Shown: piece after piece, positions 16,045 through 26,099 of the stretch
Layout of the letters: each line of letters opens with the position of its first letter
Position numbering within the stretch: the stretch's first letter is position 1
Assembly (NCBI GenBank): GCA_964648765.1
Contig: CAZYLF010000003.1
Location: 41,676-105,675 of the forward strand
DNA from: an uncultured Candidatus Saccharibacteria bacterium
Lineage (GTDB): Bacteria > Patescibacteriota > Minisyncoccia > Phycocordibacterales > JACOZG01
Length of the DNA: 64,000 nucleotides
Direction: 5' to 3'
Notes under the pieces: model-generated
Seen by the model: only the letters and a program-made list of their open reading frames with translations
Told to the model about the DNA's origin: nothing
The model's database searches: none
Program-made: the position numbers and the translations under genes

Positions 16045-17826
16045 ATGGAACAAATTAAGAAAAGTCGCAAACTGAGCGTTTTACCAGTGCTTAAAGTTTT
16101 TTATAAGCATACTCTCCATTATAAGTGGTCGGCTTTTCTGTCACTCTTTTTAATGCTGATCATCTCGTCGCTACACATTATTACGCCAATATTTTACAAG
16201 CGACTTTTTGATCTTATTGCCAGCGCCACTCCAAGCCCAGAGTCCACCGAGGCTCTCTTAGTTGTGCTCTTTACCATCACTGGTATTTATTTTGCATCTT
16301 GGGCCCTCAGACGCGTTGGGCAATTGGCAAACATTTATCTCCAAGCGAGCATAATGAACGACCTTAATCAAAGCTCGTTTGGTTATTTACTCGGTCACTC
16401 CTATACCTTTTTTGTTAATAATTTTGCTGGCTCCTTGGTACGTAAAATAAATCGTTTAGCGCGGGCTTATGAGATGTTTATGGATCGTCTCACTTATGAC
16501 CTCTTGCCACTCTTTGTGTCTTTGGTTGGAATTTTAATTGTGCTTTTTATCCGGAACACTTGGCTCGGGCTCGCCTTCTTCATTTGGGTGGTTGTGCTTA
16601 TGACGATCCAATATTTAATCGCCACATGGAAGCTAAAGTGGAACATTGCGCTAGCTGAAAAGGATTCTGAGAACACGGCCGTGCTCTCCGACTCAATCTC
16701 AAACAGCATCACGGTTAAAACTTTTACCGGCAAATTAATCGAGCGTGGCACACTTGGTAAAGTCTCTGACGGCCTGAGGGCACTCCGTCTTAAGAGTTGG
16801 CGCTTGGACGAAATGGTAAATGCTATCCAAGGAGTGCTGATGATCGGCATTGAGTTTGTGCTCATCTATATGAGTATTAAACTTTGGTCACAGGGATTAA
16901 TCACAATTGGTGACTTCGCCTTGATCCAAGCTTACTTAATTAGCGCCACCGATCGCTTGTGGAACTTTGGGCATATTATCCGCCAAATGTATGAGGCCTT
17001 TGCTGACGCCACCGAGATGGTGGAGATTTTGGATTTGCCCCATGAGGTTAAGGATAAGCCGCTGGCAATTGCACTTAAAGTGAACGCGGGTAAAATCACG
17101 TTTAATAATGTGGGTTTTAACTTTAAACAAACTCGGAAAATTTTAGAAAACTTTAATCTCGCCGTAAACGCTAAAGAAAAAATCGCTTTGGTGGGCCCAT
17201 CGGGTGCAGGCAAAACCACCATCACTAAACTCCTCTTCCGTTTTTACGATGTAATTGATGGTGAGATTTTAGTTGATGAGCAAAATATTGCCGATGCCAC
17301 ACAAGATAGTTTGCGCCAAAACATCGCCATGGTGCCTCAGGAGCCAGTCCTCTTTCATCGCACATTGATGGAGAATATTCGCTACGGCCGACCAGAAGCC
17401 ACAGATGATGAAGTAATTGAAGCTGCCAAGCAAGCGCACTGCTTTGAGTTTATTAGCCAATTGCCTGAAGGCTTTGGCACTTACGTGGGTGAGCGTGGTG
17501 TTAAGCTCTCGGGTGGCGAGCGTCAGAGGGTGGCTATTGCTCGTGCAATTTTAAAAAATGCGCCAATTTTGGTGCTTGATGAGGCTACCTCAAGTTTAGA
17601 TTCTGAATCTGAAAGCTTGATCCAAGATGCGCTTGCAAAATTAATGGAAGGTAAAACAGTGATCGTAATCGCCCATCGCCTCTCCACAATTATGAAAATG
17701 GACAGGATTGTAGTGGTTCAAAACGGCCAAGTGGCCACCACAGGCACTCATGATGAATTAATTAAACAAGAAAACGGTCTCTACAAAAAACTCTGGGATA
17801 TCCAAGTCGGCGGCTTTATGAAGTAA
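16045..17826 (+). CDS. ABC exporter, fused permease/ATPase (MsbA-like)
   Basis: Six N-terminal TM helices. Walker A GPSGAGKTT, signature LSGGERQR, Walker B ILVLDEATS. Confidence 0.85.
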   Translation: MEQIKKSRKLSVLPVLKVFYKHTLHYKWSAFLSLFLMLIISSLHIITPIFYKRLFDLIASATPSPESTEALLVVLFTITGIYFASWALRRVGQLANIYLQASIMNDLNQSSFGYLLGHSYTFFVNNFAGSLVRKINRLARAYEMFMDRLTYDLLPLFVSLVGILIVLFIRNTWLGLAFFIWVVVLMTIQYLIATWKLKWNIALAEKDSENTAVLSDSISNSITVKTFTGKLIERGTLGKVSDGLRALRLKSWRLDEMVNAIQGVLMIGIEFVLIYMSIKLWSQGLITIGDFALIQAYLISATDRLWNFGHIIRQMYEAFADATEMVEILDLPHEVKDKPLAIALKVNAGKITFNNVGFNFKQTRKILENFNLAVNAKEKIALVGPSGAGKTTITKLLFRFYDVIDGEILVDEQNIADATQDSLRQNIAMVPQEPVLFHRTLMENIRYGRPEATDDEVIEAAKQAHCFEFISQLPEGFGTYVGERGVKLSGGERQRVAIARAILKNAPILVLDEATSSLDSESESLIQDALAKLMEGKTVIVIAHRLSTIMKMDRIVVVQNGQVATTGTHDELIKQENGLYKKLWDIQVGGFMK

Positions 17827-17832
17827 ATGAAA

Positions 17833-17883
17833 TAAAAAAATTACCAAGTTTGTGCGGTCGCACAAACTTGGTAATTTTGTTTG
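17833..17883. terminator. Long perfect bidirectional terminator hairpin
   Basis: AATTACCAAGTTTGTGCG-gt-CGCACAAACTTGGTAATT with T-runs on both sides. Confidence 0.6.
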
Positions 17884-17897
17884 GAGAGCGTATGCGC

Positions 17898-19079
17898 TCA
17901 AGGATCCATTTGGTTTGGGGTGATCTCTGGCCAATAGTAGTAGGAGTACTCACCACCACCAAGATCATAATTAATGTAGCGGAAAAGAGGGTGCGCAATG
18001 TTCGTGGCGTGGTAGATGATGGCAGTTACTACCTGCCCATTAGACTGGCGGTAGCTACACTGCATTGTGCGCAAATCAAGCCAATCATCTTGCTCATCGC
18101 CAAAACTAATTGATGAGACACTCTCAGGATCACATGAAGTAAAGCGAGAATTTTTGGACACAAACCAAAGCATATCCGTAACCGCTCGCTCCTTTTGAAA
18201 ACCGTAACCAGGAATAACCAAGTAAAGCGTCACTCCAGCCTTTAGTGCTTTTACCTGGTACTGCACATCACCCCACCAAAAGACTTCAGCTTGAGTTAAA
18301 CTTTTCCACAGCGTATCACCCTGCCAACGATACTTTGCTGATGCATCGATCAGCTTGTTTGCGGTGCTGCTCGCCGAAGCAAAAGTGTAATAGTTGCCGT
18401 TGTATATCACGTAAGCATTCAACATCGACGACGAATCGAGTGGCTTAAACGTCTTCCAGACACCTCGAGTAAGTGGCACAGATTGTTGACCTCCCCCACC
18501 TCGATCATCAATAAACAAAGATGGGTTGCGGTAGTTCTTAATGTCGCCAGGTTTTAGTGGTGATGTAGCATAAGCTTGAGGATACGCATCTAGATTTGGA
18601 TCAGTCGCAATTTCAAAATGAAGATGCGGACTATAGTAGCCACCAGCATCACCAATTGTGCCAATGAGTTGACCCTCAAAAACCTTCGCGCCCTCAACAA
18701 TCTTTGATGAAACCGATTTTAAATGCGCTGATCTTGAGTAATAAACTCGATTATCTAGTGTGGTATGTTTTATCTGAACCCTCGTACCCCAACTATGCCT
18801 GCCGGGGATAATCCTTACCTCATCAACTACTCCATTGGCAACAGCAAAAAATGTTTTGTCATAATCATCACGCGGGTCACCAATAATATTGAAGTCCGAA
18901 CCTACGTGATACTTGCCATTGTAGATAGAAAGAAATGGCCCCTCATCTTCATAATTTGAGACCGGCTTGACTGGCGAAGAAAAGTGGTAGGCCAGATTAT
19001 TATTCTGACCAGACGTAGTTTGAGAACAAAACAAGACAGCTACCAAACAAAATAATACACGTAACATGGAAACCTCCAA
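17898..19079 (-). CDS. Secreted M23-family (LytM-like) metallopeptidase domain protein
   Basis: Signal peptide MLRVLFCLVAVLFCSQTTSG. M23 motifs HxxxD (HVGSDF) and GDAGGYYSPHLHFEI. Confidence 0.7.
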   Translation of the reverse strand: MEVSMLRVLFCLVAVLFCSQTTSGQNNNLAYHFSSPVKPVSNYEDEGPFLSIYNGKYHVGSDFNIIGDPRDDYDKTFFAVANGVVDEVRIIPGRHSWGTRVQIKHTTLDNRVYYSRSAHLKSVSSKIVEGAKVFEGQLIGTIGDAGGYYSPHLHFEIATDPNLDAYPQAYATSPLKPGDIKNYRNPSLFIDDRGGGGQQSVPLTRGVWKTFKPLDSSSMLNAYVIYNGNYYTFASASSTANKLIDASAKYRWQGDTLWKSLTQAEVFWWGDVQYQVKALKAGVTLYLVIPGYGFQKERAVTDMLWFVSKNSRFTSCDPESVSSISFGDEQDDWLDLRTMQCSYRQSNGQVVTAIIYHATNIAHPLFRYINYDLGGGEYSYYYWPEITPNQMDP

Positions 19080-19145
19080 ACATGAAAAGAACTTAAACTT
19101 AGCAAATCATTGCCAAGTGGTTATCTATAAATAATTATCACTTAA

Positions 19146-19682
19146 CTAATTTGTAAATTCAAGTGAATACAGCACTTCCGCGTCTGCATAAATATAAAAC
19201 GTAGCCAAGTATGAATTATTATTATGTTCAAAAAAATATAATTTAGTGCCACTGTTTGGACTAGAATCACCATATTGTGAGTACTCACTGATTGAAATAT
19301 TATTATTTTTAAACTCCCTGATTTTAGTTAAGTTATCGTTTGAATCCTGCTTGTCAAAATCATTAATCAAGCTCTCTAACCCCACATTAAAAATTCTTAA
19401 AGTACCAAGGCTACTACTTACACTATTCATTCTAGTTTTTAAAAAATGAAGAGTTTCGGCCTTAAACGTCGGTCTAGTGAGGCGTAAATCTGCATCATCT
19501 ATTACTTCCTTTACTACCCAATCGCCTGGATGCTTTAGACTAAACCCATACTTATCATTTTTGTATGTTACTAAAATTACTTCATCCCTTTCTCTCAAGC
19601 CAAGTGGTGGACCACCAGCTTGATACTCCCACGCCACAAAAAGGGCTACCACAACCACAATGATTAAAATTAACTTTTTCAT
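19146..19682 (-). CDS. Hypothetical exported protein
   Basis: N-terminal signal/TM MKKLILIIVVVVALFVAW. Start overlaps the stop of the upstream histidine kinase. Confidence 0.35.
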   Translation of the reverse strand: MKKLILIIVVVVALFVAWEYQAGGPPLGLRERDEVILVTYKNDKYGFSLKHPGDWVVKEVIDDADLRLTRPTFKAETLHFLKTRMNSVSSSLGTLRIFNVGLESLINDFDKQDSNDNLTKIREFKNNNISISEYSQYGDSSPNSGTKLYFFEHNNNSYLATFYIYADAEVLYSLEFTN

Positions 19683-21205
19683 TAAATTTCCACAATAAAT
19701 GTGCTGCCTTTGCCCACGCCCTCGCTCTCGGCCCAGATTTTGCCTTTGTGCGCTGTCACAATCTCCTTGGCCACATAGAGTCCGAGGCCCGTGCCAGCGA
19801 TATTAGTTTTGCCAGCGTCAGAAGCACGTGAGAACTTTTCAAATAATTTTGGCATCGTCTCCTCGCCTATGCCGATGCCAGTGTCTTTAACAGCAAAACG
19901 TACTTTGCCTACTTTTTTCTCTAACATCACCTTAATCGAGCCTTGCTTGGTGTACTTCATCGCATTGTCGAGCATATTACTCACCACTTGTGAGATTTTA
20001 CCTAAATCACCATGCACCACATATTTTAAATTAGTGTCATACTCGAAGAATAGTTTGAGACCATTTTTCTCCACCGTGTGACGTGTCTCGCGCACCACCG
20101 TCTCCACCACCTCCCGGAGATCGAAGTCGCTCCACTCATACTTCATCGTGCCGAGCTCAATCCTGCTAATGTTTAAAAAGTCCTCAATCACCAGTACCAA
20201 CCGCTGACTAGATTGGAACACTCTATCCACCGCCTCGCGCACCTTGTCGCTAATCTCACCAAACGATCCCTCAAGCACCATAGACGAGTAACCCTTAATC
20301 GCCGTGAGTGGACTCCTAAGCTGATGCGACGCAATCGACACAAACTCCGTTTTCTGCTTATCCAAATCCTTCAACTTCTCATTCGCCACCCATAACTTAT
20401 CATTCGACTTACCCAACTCCTTTAAGAGCTTCTCAATTTGTTCCCTCTGACTTGTTTCAACCTTTAGCCGCCTGCTCCATAATCTGATGATTAAATAAAA
20501 GAGCACTAAAATTATTAGAATAAGAACTGAGATAAATACAGCGAATGGATAAAGAGTTTGTTGAGTGATACTAAAGAAATCGTCCGCCTTCATATCGAAG
20601 GCGAGAACTGCGATCGTCTCCCCGTTCTCTTTTATTGGGGCATATCCCGTTATCACGCGCCCAAAAGAATCCTCATATAGTTCATTACTTGTTGTAGGCC
20701 CCACTTCATATGATCTAAACGTTCCCTCAGGTGGATCCTCATAATCTTGACCAGGCCACTGTAAATAATCGGGGCCGTCTGGCTCGATTAATCCATCTTT
20801 GTTCGCATCAACATCGTTAGACGGGTCAGTGTCTGTATTTGCATAAGGATTTACAGAGTGGGAATCAGCAACAAACTCCATTAATGTACTGTCACTTGGT
20901 CGCTTTCTAAAAATATAAGCAAAGAGTATATCCTCGTTACTCTTCTCAACAGCCAAAAGCTGATTCGTAACCCTATGCCACTCAGGTTTTTGCCAATCAG
21001 ATTCAGTTGTTAACGCCTTAATATCAGATGGAGAGAAAAACGGCGCAGCTGTCCTCGCAATACCCTCAATTCTTTGTCTCAGGTTTGTTGTTAATAAATT
21101 TACAGTATGTTCGTAAAGAACAAACGAAATCGCGACAACGGCAATTGCGCCGGTAATAATAATTAGGCCTCCAATCAATTTTACTCGGCTAGATCTTTTA
21201 TCCAT
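19682..21205 (-). CDS. Sensor histidine kinase (orphan)
   Basis: Two TM helices flank a periplasmic domain. HisKA H-box SHQLRSPLTAIKG. HATPase_c has N-box NMLDNAMKYT and G-boxes DTGIGI, GTGLGL. Confidence 0.8.
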   Translation of the reverse strand: MDKRSSRVKLIGGLIIITGAIAVVAISFVLYEHTVNLLTTNLRQRIEGIARTAAPFFSPSDIKALTTESDWQKPEWHRVTNQLLAVEKSNEDILFAYIFRKRPSDSTLMEFVADSHSVNPYANTDTDPSNDVDANKDGLIEPDGPDYLQWPGQDYEDPPEGTFRSYEVGPTTSNELYEDSFGRVITGYAPIKENGETIAVLAFDMKADDFFSITQQTLYPFAVFISVLILIILVLFYLIIRLWSRRLKVETSQREQIEKLLKELGKSNDKLWVANEKLKDLDKQKTEFVSIASHQLRSPLTAIKGYSSMVLEGSFGEISDKVREAVDRVFQSSQRLVLVIEDFLNISRIELGTMKYEWSDFDLREVVETVVRETRHTVEKNGLKLFFEYDTNLKYVVHGDLGKISQVVSNMLDNAMKYTKQGSIKVMLEKKVGKVRFAVKDTGIGIGEETMPKLFEKFSRASDAGKTNIAGTGLGLYVAKEIVTAHKGKIWAESEGVGKGSTFIVEI

Positions 21206-21219
21206 TACTTATATAATAT

Positions 21220-23025
21220 CTAGACATTGAGTAATTCGCAAATCTTGTCTCTGTCTGCATCAAGCAAAAAGTGAGCTAACCTTGGTCCATTCTCCTTTCC
21301 AAACAAAAGTTTGTATATATTTCGGAAAAAACGTAGCTGCCTCTCTTTATTTTTTTCTTCAGACAAATCAGCTTGTTTAGAAATTGAATAAAGATGGGCG
21401 GTAAATTCATCTAAGTCAGGATCCTTGTTTTTGACTAAGAATTCTCTTAACTGCTTAACCTGCTCCTGATCTTCAATTTCTAATCTTGAAATCGCTTCGG
21501 CGTTTTGATAATCCTGTAAACTAAATATTTGTCTTGGATCAAGCTCCACATATCTTTTATCGCCAATCTTAGTGCCGTTAAAATCTAAATAACTCTTTGC
21601 TGTCATTGTGCCATTACTCTCAATATGACCATTTAGCTTTAACCCCATTAACTTAGACACATTCTTTGTTGTCACTTCTGTCATTTTTAATAACGACTTC
21701 TTCTTTTCCTCTACCAAACCAACTTCAATTATTGGTTTTACTAATTGCTCATAAATATCACGTTGCGGGCAAGTTGGTTTAGCGGTCACCACACCACCAA
21801 TAGCAATACTTGAAGCTCCATAACCATAACCACCATATGGTTGAGTCCCCCTCTCTACCCCTTTAAAATGAAGATGGTTATTGTGCAGATATGTATCATT
21901 AAAGTGTAAAATTTTTCCTCCAATTTCTCTCCCGATAAGTCGCATTATATATTCACTTTCACCATACAAAGTAACGTACATTGCATTTTTTGAATAATGC
22001 TTATCTTCAAAATATAGTTTTAAATCAGCATCTTGTTCGTATTTCTGAATAAAAAAAATGGGGGCAAACACTTCAGTAAAATTTCCCCCGTCTTTTAGAT
22101 CTTTGCAAATTATCGTTGGCTCCACTATTGCCTCAGCAGTGCGTATCACTCCCCTAGTACTTTCATCAAGCCACTTAAGGTGATCCACGAGGAGCACTTC
22201 GATTCTCTTTAAATCTTCTGGTTCACTAATTGGGCCAACTTTGCACCTATGATTACGGTAGGGTCCAATTTTAATTCTCTTTAACTTCTTTTTGAGCAAT
22301 TTGAGAAAACTGTTATGAACATCTGCATGAACTAAAATTGAATTTGGTGCGGCACAGTCTTGCCCTTGGTTATATAGCTGGAGTTTAAGCGCGGCCTCAA
22401 CGGCATCAGAAACTTTAGCATTTTTTGATACAACAATAGGATTATGCCCTGATCCATTTGAAATAAATAAAGTTCTTAAATCAAAAATATTACGGAGTTT
22501 TTCAGCATGTAAAGTTGTGCCAGTAAAAATTACGGCATCGGTTTGAGGCACCGCCTCTTTAGTGGCAGGGTCAACCAAAAGTGCCGTGCGCTCCTGCAAA
22601 AAATCAAGCCTCTCCTTTTTTGAAACAACAATATTTGGGAAAAATTTATCAATATCAAGAACCTCAAGTAACCGAGGGAAGAAGCCCTTCATGCTTTGCG
22701 GTATTCTGAAATGAACACTCTTGGCCATTAGTGAGGGCACAACCACAAAGCAAGAGAAAGCATAAAGTGGTTGATTCCGAGGCAAAAAGGCCGCCACCTC
22801 ATTTATTCTTCTAACAAAATAATCCTTATTCTCAGGTAAACTTCGTAGTAGATCCATCGTCCTATCATACTCATCCTTAACCACCTCATAGCTCTCGTAC
22901 TCTAATAAAATATCAGCAATCTTATCAAAGTTAGTCTCAATATGATCTGCAAAATTATTTGCAGTTTTATTAACAGCAGAAAAATCGATTTCGTCTAAGA
23001 ATTGTGGGAGGGCTTTTGGGCTCAT
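21220..23025 (-). CDS. Aldehyde dehydrogenase superfamily protein (possibly LuxC-like acyl-CoA reductase) with ~200-aa C-terminal extension
   Basis: ALDH-like catalytic region NQGQDCAAPN with a later EVFAPIFF. Start overlaps the upstream 4-TM gene (ATGA). Confidence 0.45.
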   Translation of the reverse strand: MSPKALPQFLDEIDFSAVNKTANNFADHIETNFDKIADILLEYESYEVVKDEYDRTMDLLRSLPENKDYFVRRINEVAAFLPRNQPLYAFSCFVVVPSLMAKSVHFRIPQSMKGFFPRLLEVLDIDKFFPNIVVSKKERLDFLQERTALLVDPATKEAVPQTDAVIFTGTTLHAEKLRNIFDLRTLFISNGSGHNPIVVSKNAKVSDAVEAALKLQLYNQGQDCAAPNSILVHADVHNSFLKLLKKKLKRIKIGPYRNHRCKVGPISEPEDLKRIEVLLVDHLKWLDESTRGVIRTAEAIVEPTIICKDLKDGGNFTEVFAPIFFIQKYEQDADLKLYFEDKHYSKNAMYVTLYGESEYIMRLIGREIGGKILHFNDTYLHNNHLHFKGVERGTQPYGGYGYGASSIAIGGVVTAKPTCPQRDIYEQLVKPIIEVGLVEEKKKSLLKMTEVTTKNVSKLMGLKLNGHIESNGTMTAKSYLDFNGTKIGDKRYVELDPRQIFSLQDYQNAEAISRLEIEDQEQVKQLREFLVKNKDPDLDEFTAHLYSISKQADLSEEKNKERQLRFFRNIYKLLFGKENGPRLAHFLLDADRDKICELLNV

Positions 23026-23369
23026 TCTGTGGCTGTGAGATACGGAGAAAAGATAATTAATAAAACTCCCAACACAGCAAATCCCATCCCGAGATATTGG
23101 AGACCAATTATTTGGTTTTTCTCATGAAATATAAATAGTCCGACAGCGATGGATCCAATGATCATAAGTGAATCAATAACACTTGAGGCCAACGCGATCC
23201 CAATTTTTGCAGTTACTAACCCGTAAGTGATAAAAACGAGCGGGGAGATTAATATTACAAATAGTAACCAAATTGAGAACTTGCTCTCCTGCTTGGCCCA
23301 AATGGCACTCACTGAATTGGCAGACACGGCAACAGCAACTGCGACTAAAACGTATAGTAAATTTTTCAT
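23022..23369 (-). CDS. Small 4-TM membrane protein (SMR/DMT-superfamily-like)
   Basis: 115 aa with four hydrophobic helices. Translationally coupled to the ALDH-like gene. Confidence 0.4.
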   Translation of the reverse strand: MKNLLYVLVAVAVAVSANSVSAIWAKQESKFSIWLLFVILISPLVFITYGLVTAKIGIALASSVIDSLMIIGSIAVGLFIFHEKNQIIGLQYLGMGFAVLGVLLIIFSPYLTATE

Positions 23370-23589
23370 TTTCGCGTTATTTTGATTAAAAAAAATCCCC
23401 AGAATAGCGGAGGGTGCTAAACTGGGGGTGTTAAAAACCGTCTATTGGAGCCACTGAATGCTCCAAAATTAATAATTCGTTTAATGGGCTGTGACTACGC
23501 ACACTAGCGTTTATCATCTTTTGCATCACATATATATGTTAACTCATTCCCATTCCAAGTGCAAATTAAAATAAGTCTACTAATTCATC

Positions 23590-24378
23590 TCAAACCCTTT
23601 TGCCAATAAAACCGTAAATGTCTTTGTAATTTTTTTCGCCGAACAAAATGGGGTAGAAGTCCTCTTTCGTAATTAAATATTCCTTGCCGTTTGTCGCATA
23701 AGGTTCGCCTGCTTGAACCATCCTATAGTTTTTAATTGATTTAAGTAATTTATATCCTTTTATCTTCTTTAAACTTTTTGTAACTCTAAAATAATTTATA
23801 ACAGAATTTTTGGTCGAGCCTTTGCCGGTTATTATGCCCGCTTGATTTAATATTCTTTTAACCCCAGTAACTGTTTTATTAATTGCCTGAGCATCATTAT
23901 CTTTACCATACTCAAACGCAAGGCCAATTTTGGCTTGAGAGATTAAAGCGATATTTTTTGTTACCCCCATAATCAAAACATACTTAGGCTCAATTGCCTT
24001 AACGTAACTTAAAGTTTTTTTGTCGAGTTTAGTGACAATAATGGCATCTCTAAGGCTACTGGTTGTGGAGTGGATATCGATAACAATATCGGCTGATTTT
24101 ATCTTCTTTGATAACTTAAGCGCTAATCTTTCTTCATATGTACCATTTTTTTTACCCGGAAATGACCGATTTAAATCACTTTCAACAAACCGCTTTCCTA
24201 ATTCTAAAGCCTTTGGGTTTGCCACTTGGATCTCAAGGGTTTTACTTGGAATGTTTAACTTATTAATTTCCTTGGCCACTCTTAAACCTATCTTTTCGTT
24301 TCCGTGGGTTCCTATATTTAGTATTATTTTCATTTTATATAAATGGGGATTCTTAATGTTAGCATCAAGAATCCCCAT
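23590..24378 (-). CDS. AstE/AspA-family (succinylglutamate desuccinylase/aspartoacylase-like) zinc hydrolase
   Basis: HGNE (NIGTHGNEKIG) and later DIHS motifs of the M14-like AstE_AspA family. Confidence 0.6.
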   Translation of the reverse strand: MGILDANIKNPHLYKMKIILNIGTHGNEKIGLRVAKEINKLNIPSKTLEIQVANPKALELGKRFVESDLNRSFPGKKNGTYEERLALKLSKKIKSADIVIDIHSTTSSLRDAIIVTKLDKKTLSYVKAIEPKYVLIMGVTKNIALISQAKIGLAFEYGKDNDAQAINKTVTGVKRILNQAGIITGKGSTKNSVINYFRVTKSLKKIKGYKLLKSIKNYRMVQAGEPYATNGKEYLITKEDFYPILFGEKNYKDIYGFIGKRV

Positions 24379-24390
24379 GTGTTTAAACTT

Positions 24391-25152
24391 CTAATGTCTG
24401 TCTCCGATAAATAGAAAGGCGTTTCTACTATTACCATTCATGATATTGAGAGACCTGGCGAACCAATCATTGGCCATCGTATCCTTTGCTTTTGGGATTG
24501 AATCGTACAAGCAACGACCATAAATGTCTGTGGCGATGAAGGTAGAACAATCAAACTCGCCCGGACGCCCCTTGATTAACTCATGACCGAGTTCGTGAAG
24601 TGACGCTGGCACATGGTGTTCTTTTGGGTCTGGATAGACTCTTTCACAGAGCTTTCTAAGCAGGGAGTACATAATCGGATTTTGAGATGTAAAGGCGATC
24701 CGGTTCAACTTTGAGATGTTCATCAAAGTACGCATAAGCGCTCTGCCACCACCCTTCCATTTGGAATTTTCCGCCATGGCAACACCATGCAGATAAAACA
24801 CGCCGTGATCAGGAAAAAGTTTTGATGAAGCAAAACCAAACACTTCGTCATCGTCATGGAGAAATGCAAGGGATTCAACATTCTCAACATGGCACCTGAC
24901 ACCATCTTGAGTATGATTTTCAAGCTCCCGACCAAAACTTCCAGAGGTTAGTGTTTCAAGTTTACTTATCAACTGATCAACAAATTCAACATGTTTTTCA
25001 GAAGTTAGGGCCAATTTCGGCTCAGGTAAAATAGAAATCATTGCTCCATTCCACGCAAATGAGCGGGCATTGTTTGCCGACAAAAACTCTCTCAAATTAC
25101 TCATCCCAATTTCCTTTCTACTATCACAAAGACCAAACTTGAAAATACGCAC
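24391..25152 (-). CDS. Hypothetical protein
   Basis: 253-aa ORF. The real start is possibly the internal MSNLREF. Confidence 0.3.
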   Translation of the reverse strand: MRIFKFGLCDSRKEIGMSNLREFLSANNARSFAWNGAMISILPEPKLALTSEKHVEFVDQLISKLETLTSGSFGRELENHTQDGVRCHVENVESLAFLHDDDEVFGFASSKLFPDHGVFYLHGVAMAENSKWKGGGRALMRTLMNISKLNRIAFTSQNPIMYSLLRKLCERVYPDPKEHHVPASLHELGHELIKGRPGEFDCSTFIATDIYGRCLYDSIPKAKDTMANDWFARSLNIMNGNSRNAFLFIGDRH

Positions 25153-25523
25153 AAAAAAACTCCTCGTCTCTTAATACAAGAAACTTGCATTGAGGGACGA
25201 AGAGCCTTTGACTCCTAGTTTAATTGCCACCCTCATTGACTCATGACTTTCGCCAGACATCAATTATCCTATGATAACGGAGGACACCGGGTTTTTACTT
25301 ACGCAAAAACCATCTCGCCTTGCGGCAACCTAGGCCCAACCCCCGAAGCTTTACGCCCGGGGACCTAAGTCAAAGATTTTGTAACTTCCAAGGTACTGCT
25401 CATAGGTTAGCAACCAGCCAAACTTAAGTCAAGTGAAAAGTAGTAACGATTATGCTATAATCTTGTATTAGATTTGGCCGATGTGGCCAACATGCTCTTC
25501 TCATTTCTTTTTGGAGGTGGTTT

Positions 25524-25946
25524 ATGGTGCGCGTACGATTGTTGGTGTTGGTAATTCTGGCCTTTTTTGCATGGGTCATCATTGCGTTGCCCGGCTTGGG
25601 TTGTACTAATGGTGGAAGTGGTGTAACTGGCACCACATACGTGGGTGATAGCTGCTACTACGCCGGCTTCTCAGCGGAAGATATTGATGATTTTTACTAC
25701 GCAGTTGAGTATGACTACTATTCTGGCGTGAGTTACAACTCCGAGAACTACGGCGCCGAAGATGGTTGCGACTATTATTGCCCAATTTACGACGACCAAT
25801 GTTACTACGATTGCGTGAATTGCGTCTACGCAATTATTGACGATGTGTACTTGTACAAATCCGCTCCACTCCCAGCGCAAAAGTTGGATCAGGCTGAGCC
25901 ACCCCCATCCACTTTACGAGAAAAAATAAAGGAGACCAAAAAATAA
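25524..25946 (+). CDS. Secreted Tyr/Asp/Cys-rich small protein
   Basis: N-terminal hydrophobic signal (LLVLVILAFFAWVIIALPGLGC). The mature part has about 20% Tyr, many Asp and 7 Cys. GGAGG RBS. GC-richer than surroundings. Confidence 0.4.
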   Translation: MVRVRLLVLVILAFFAWVIIALPGLGCTNGGSGVTGTTYVGDSCYYAGFSAEDIDDFYYAVEYDYYSGVSYNSENYGAEDGCDYYCPIYDDQCYYDCVNCVYAIIDDVYLYKSAPLPAQKLDQAEPPPSTLREKIKETKK

Positions 25947-25981
25947 TAGGTGGCCGGTCGTCGCAAGGCCACCGATTAGAA

Positions 25982-26017
25982 AGCCGGCACGCGATTCTCG
26001 CGTGCCGGCCCTTTGTT
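25982..26017 (+). terminator. Rho-independent terminator (second of two tandem hairpins)
   Basis: GCCGGCACGCG-attct-CGCGTGCCGGC then CCTTTGTTT. It is preceded by GGTGGCC...GGCCACC. Confidence 0.6.
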
Positions 26018-26028
26018 TACTCAACTAA

Positions 26029-26058
26029 ATAAAAAATAACCCGCTCGAGATGAGCGGG
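26029..26058 (-). terminator. Terminator for PEP-CTERM gene
   Basis: ACCCGCTC-gagat-GAGCGGGT with a T-run on the minus strand. Confidence 0.5.
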
Positions 26059-26099
26059 TCTAAGTGGCTTAATTGGAGATCTGATTAAGAATAAAAATA

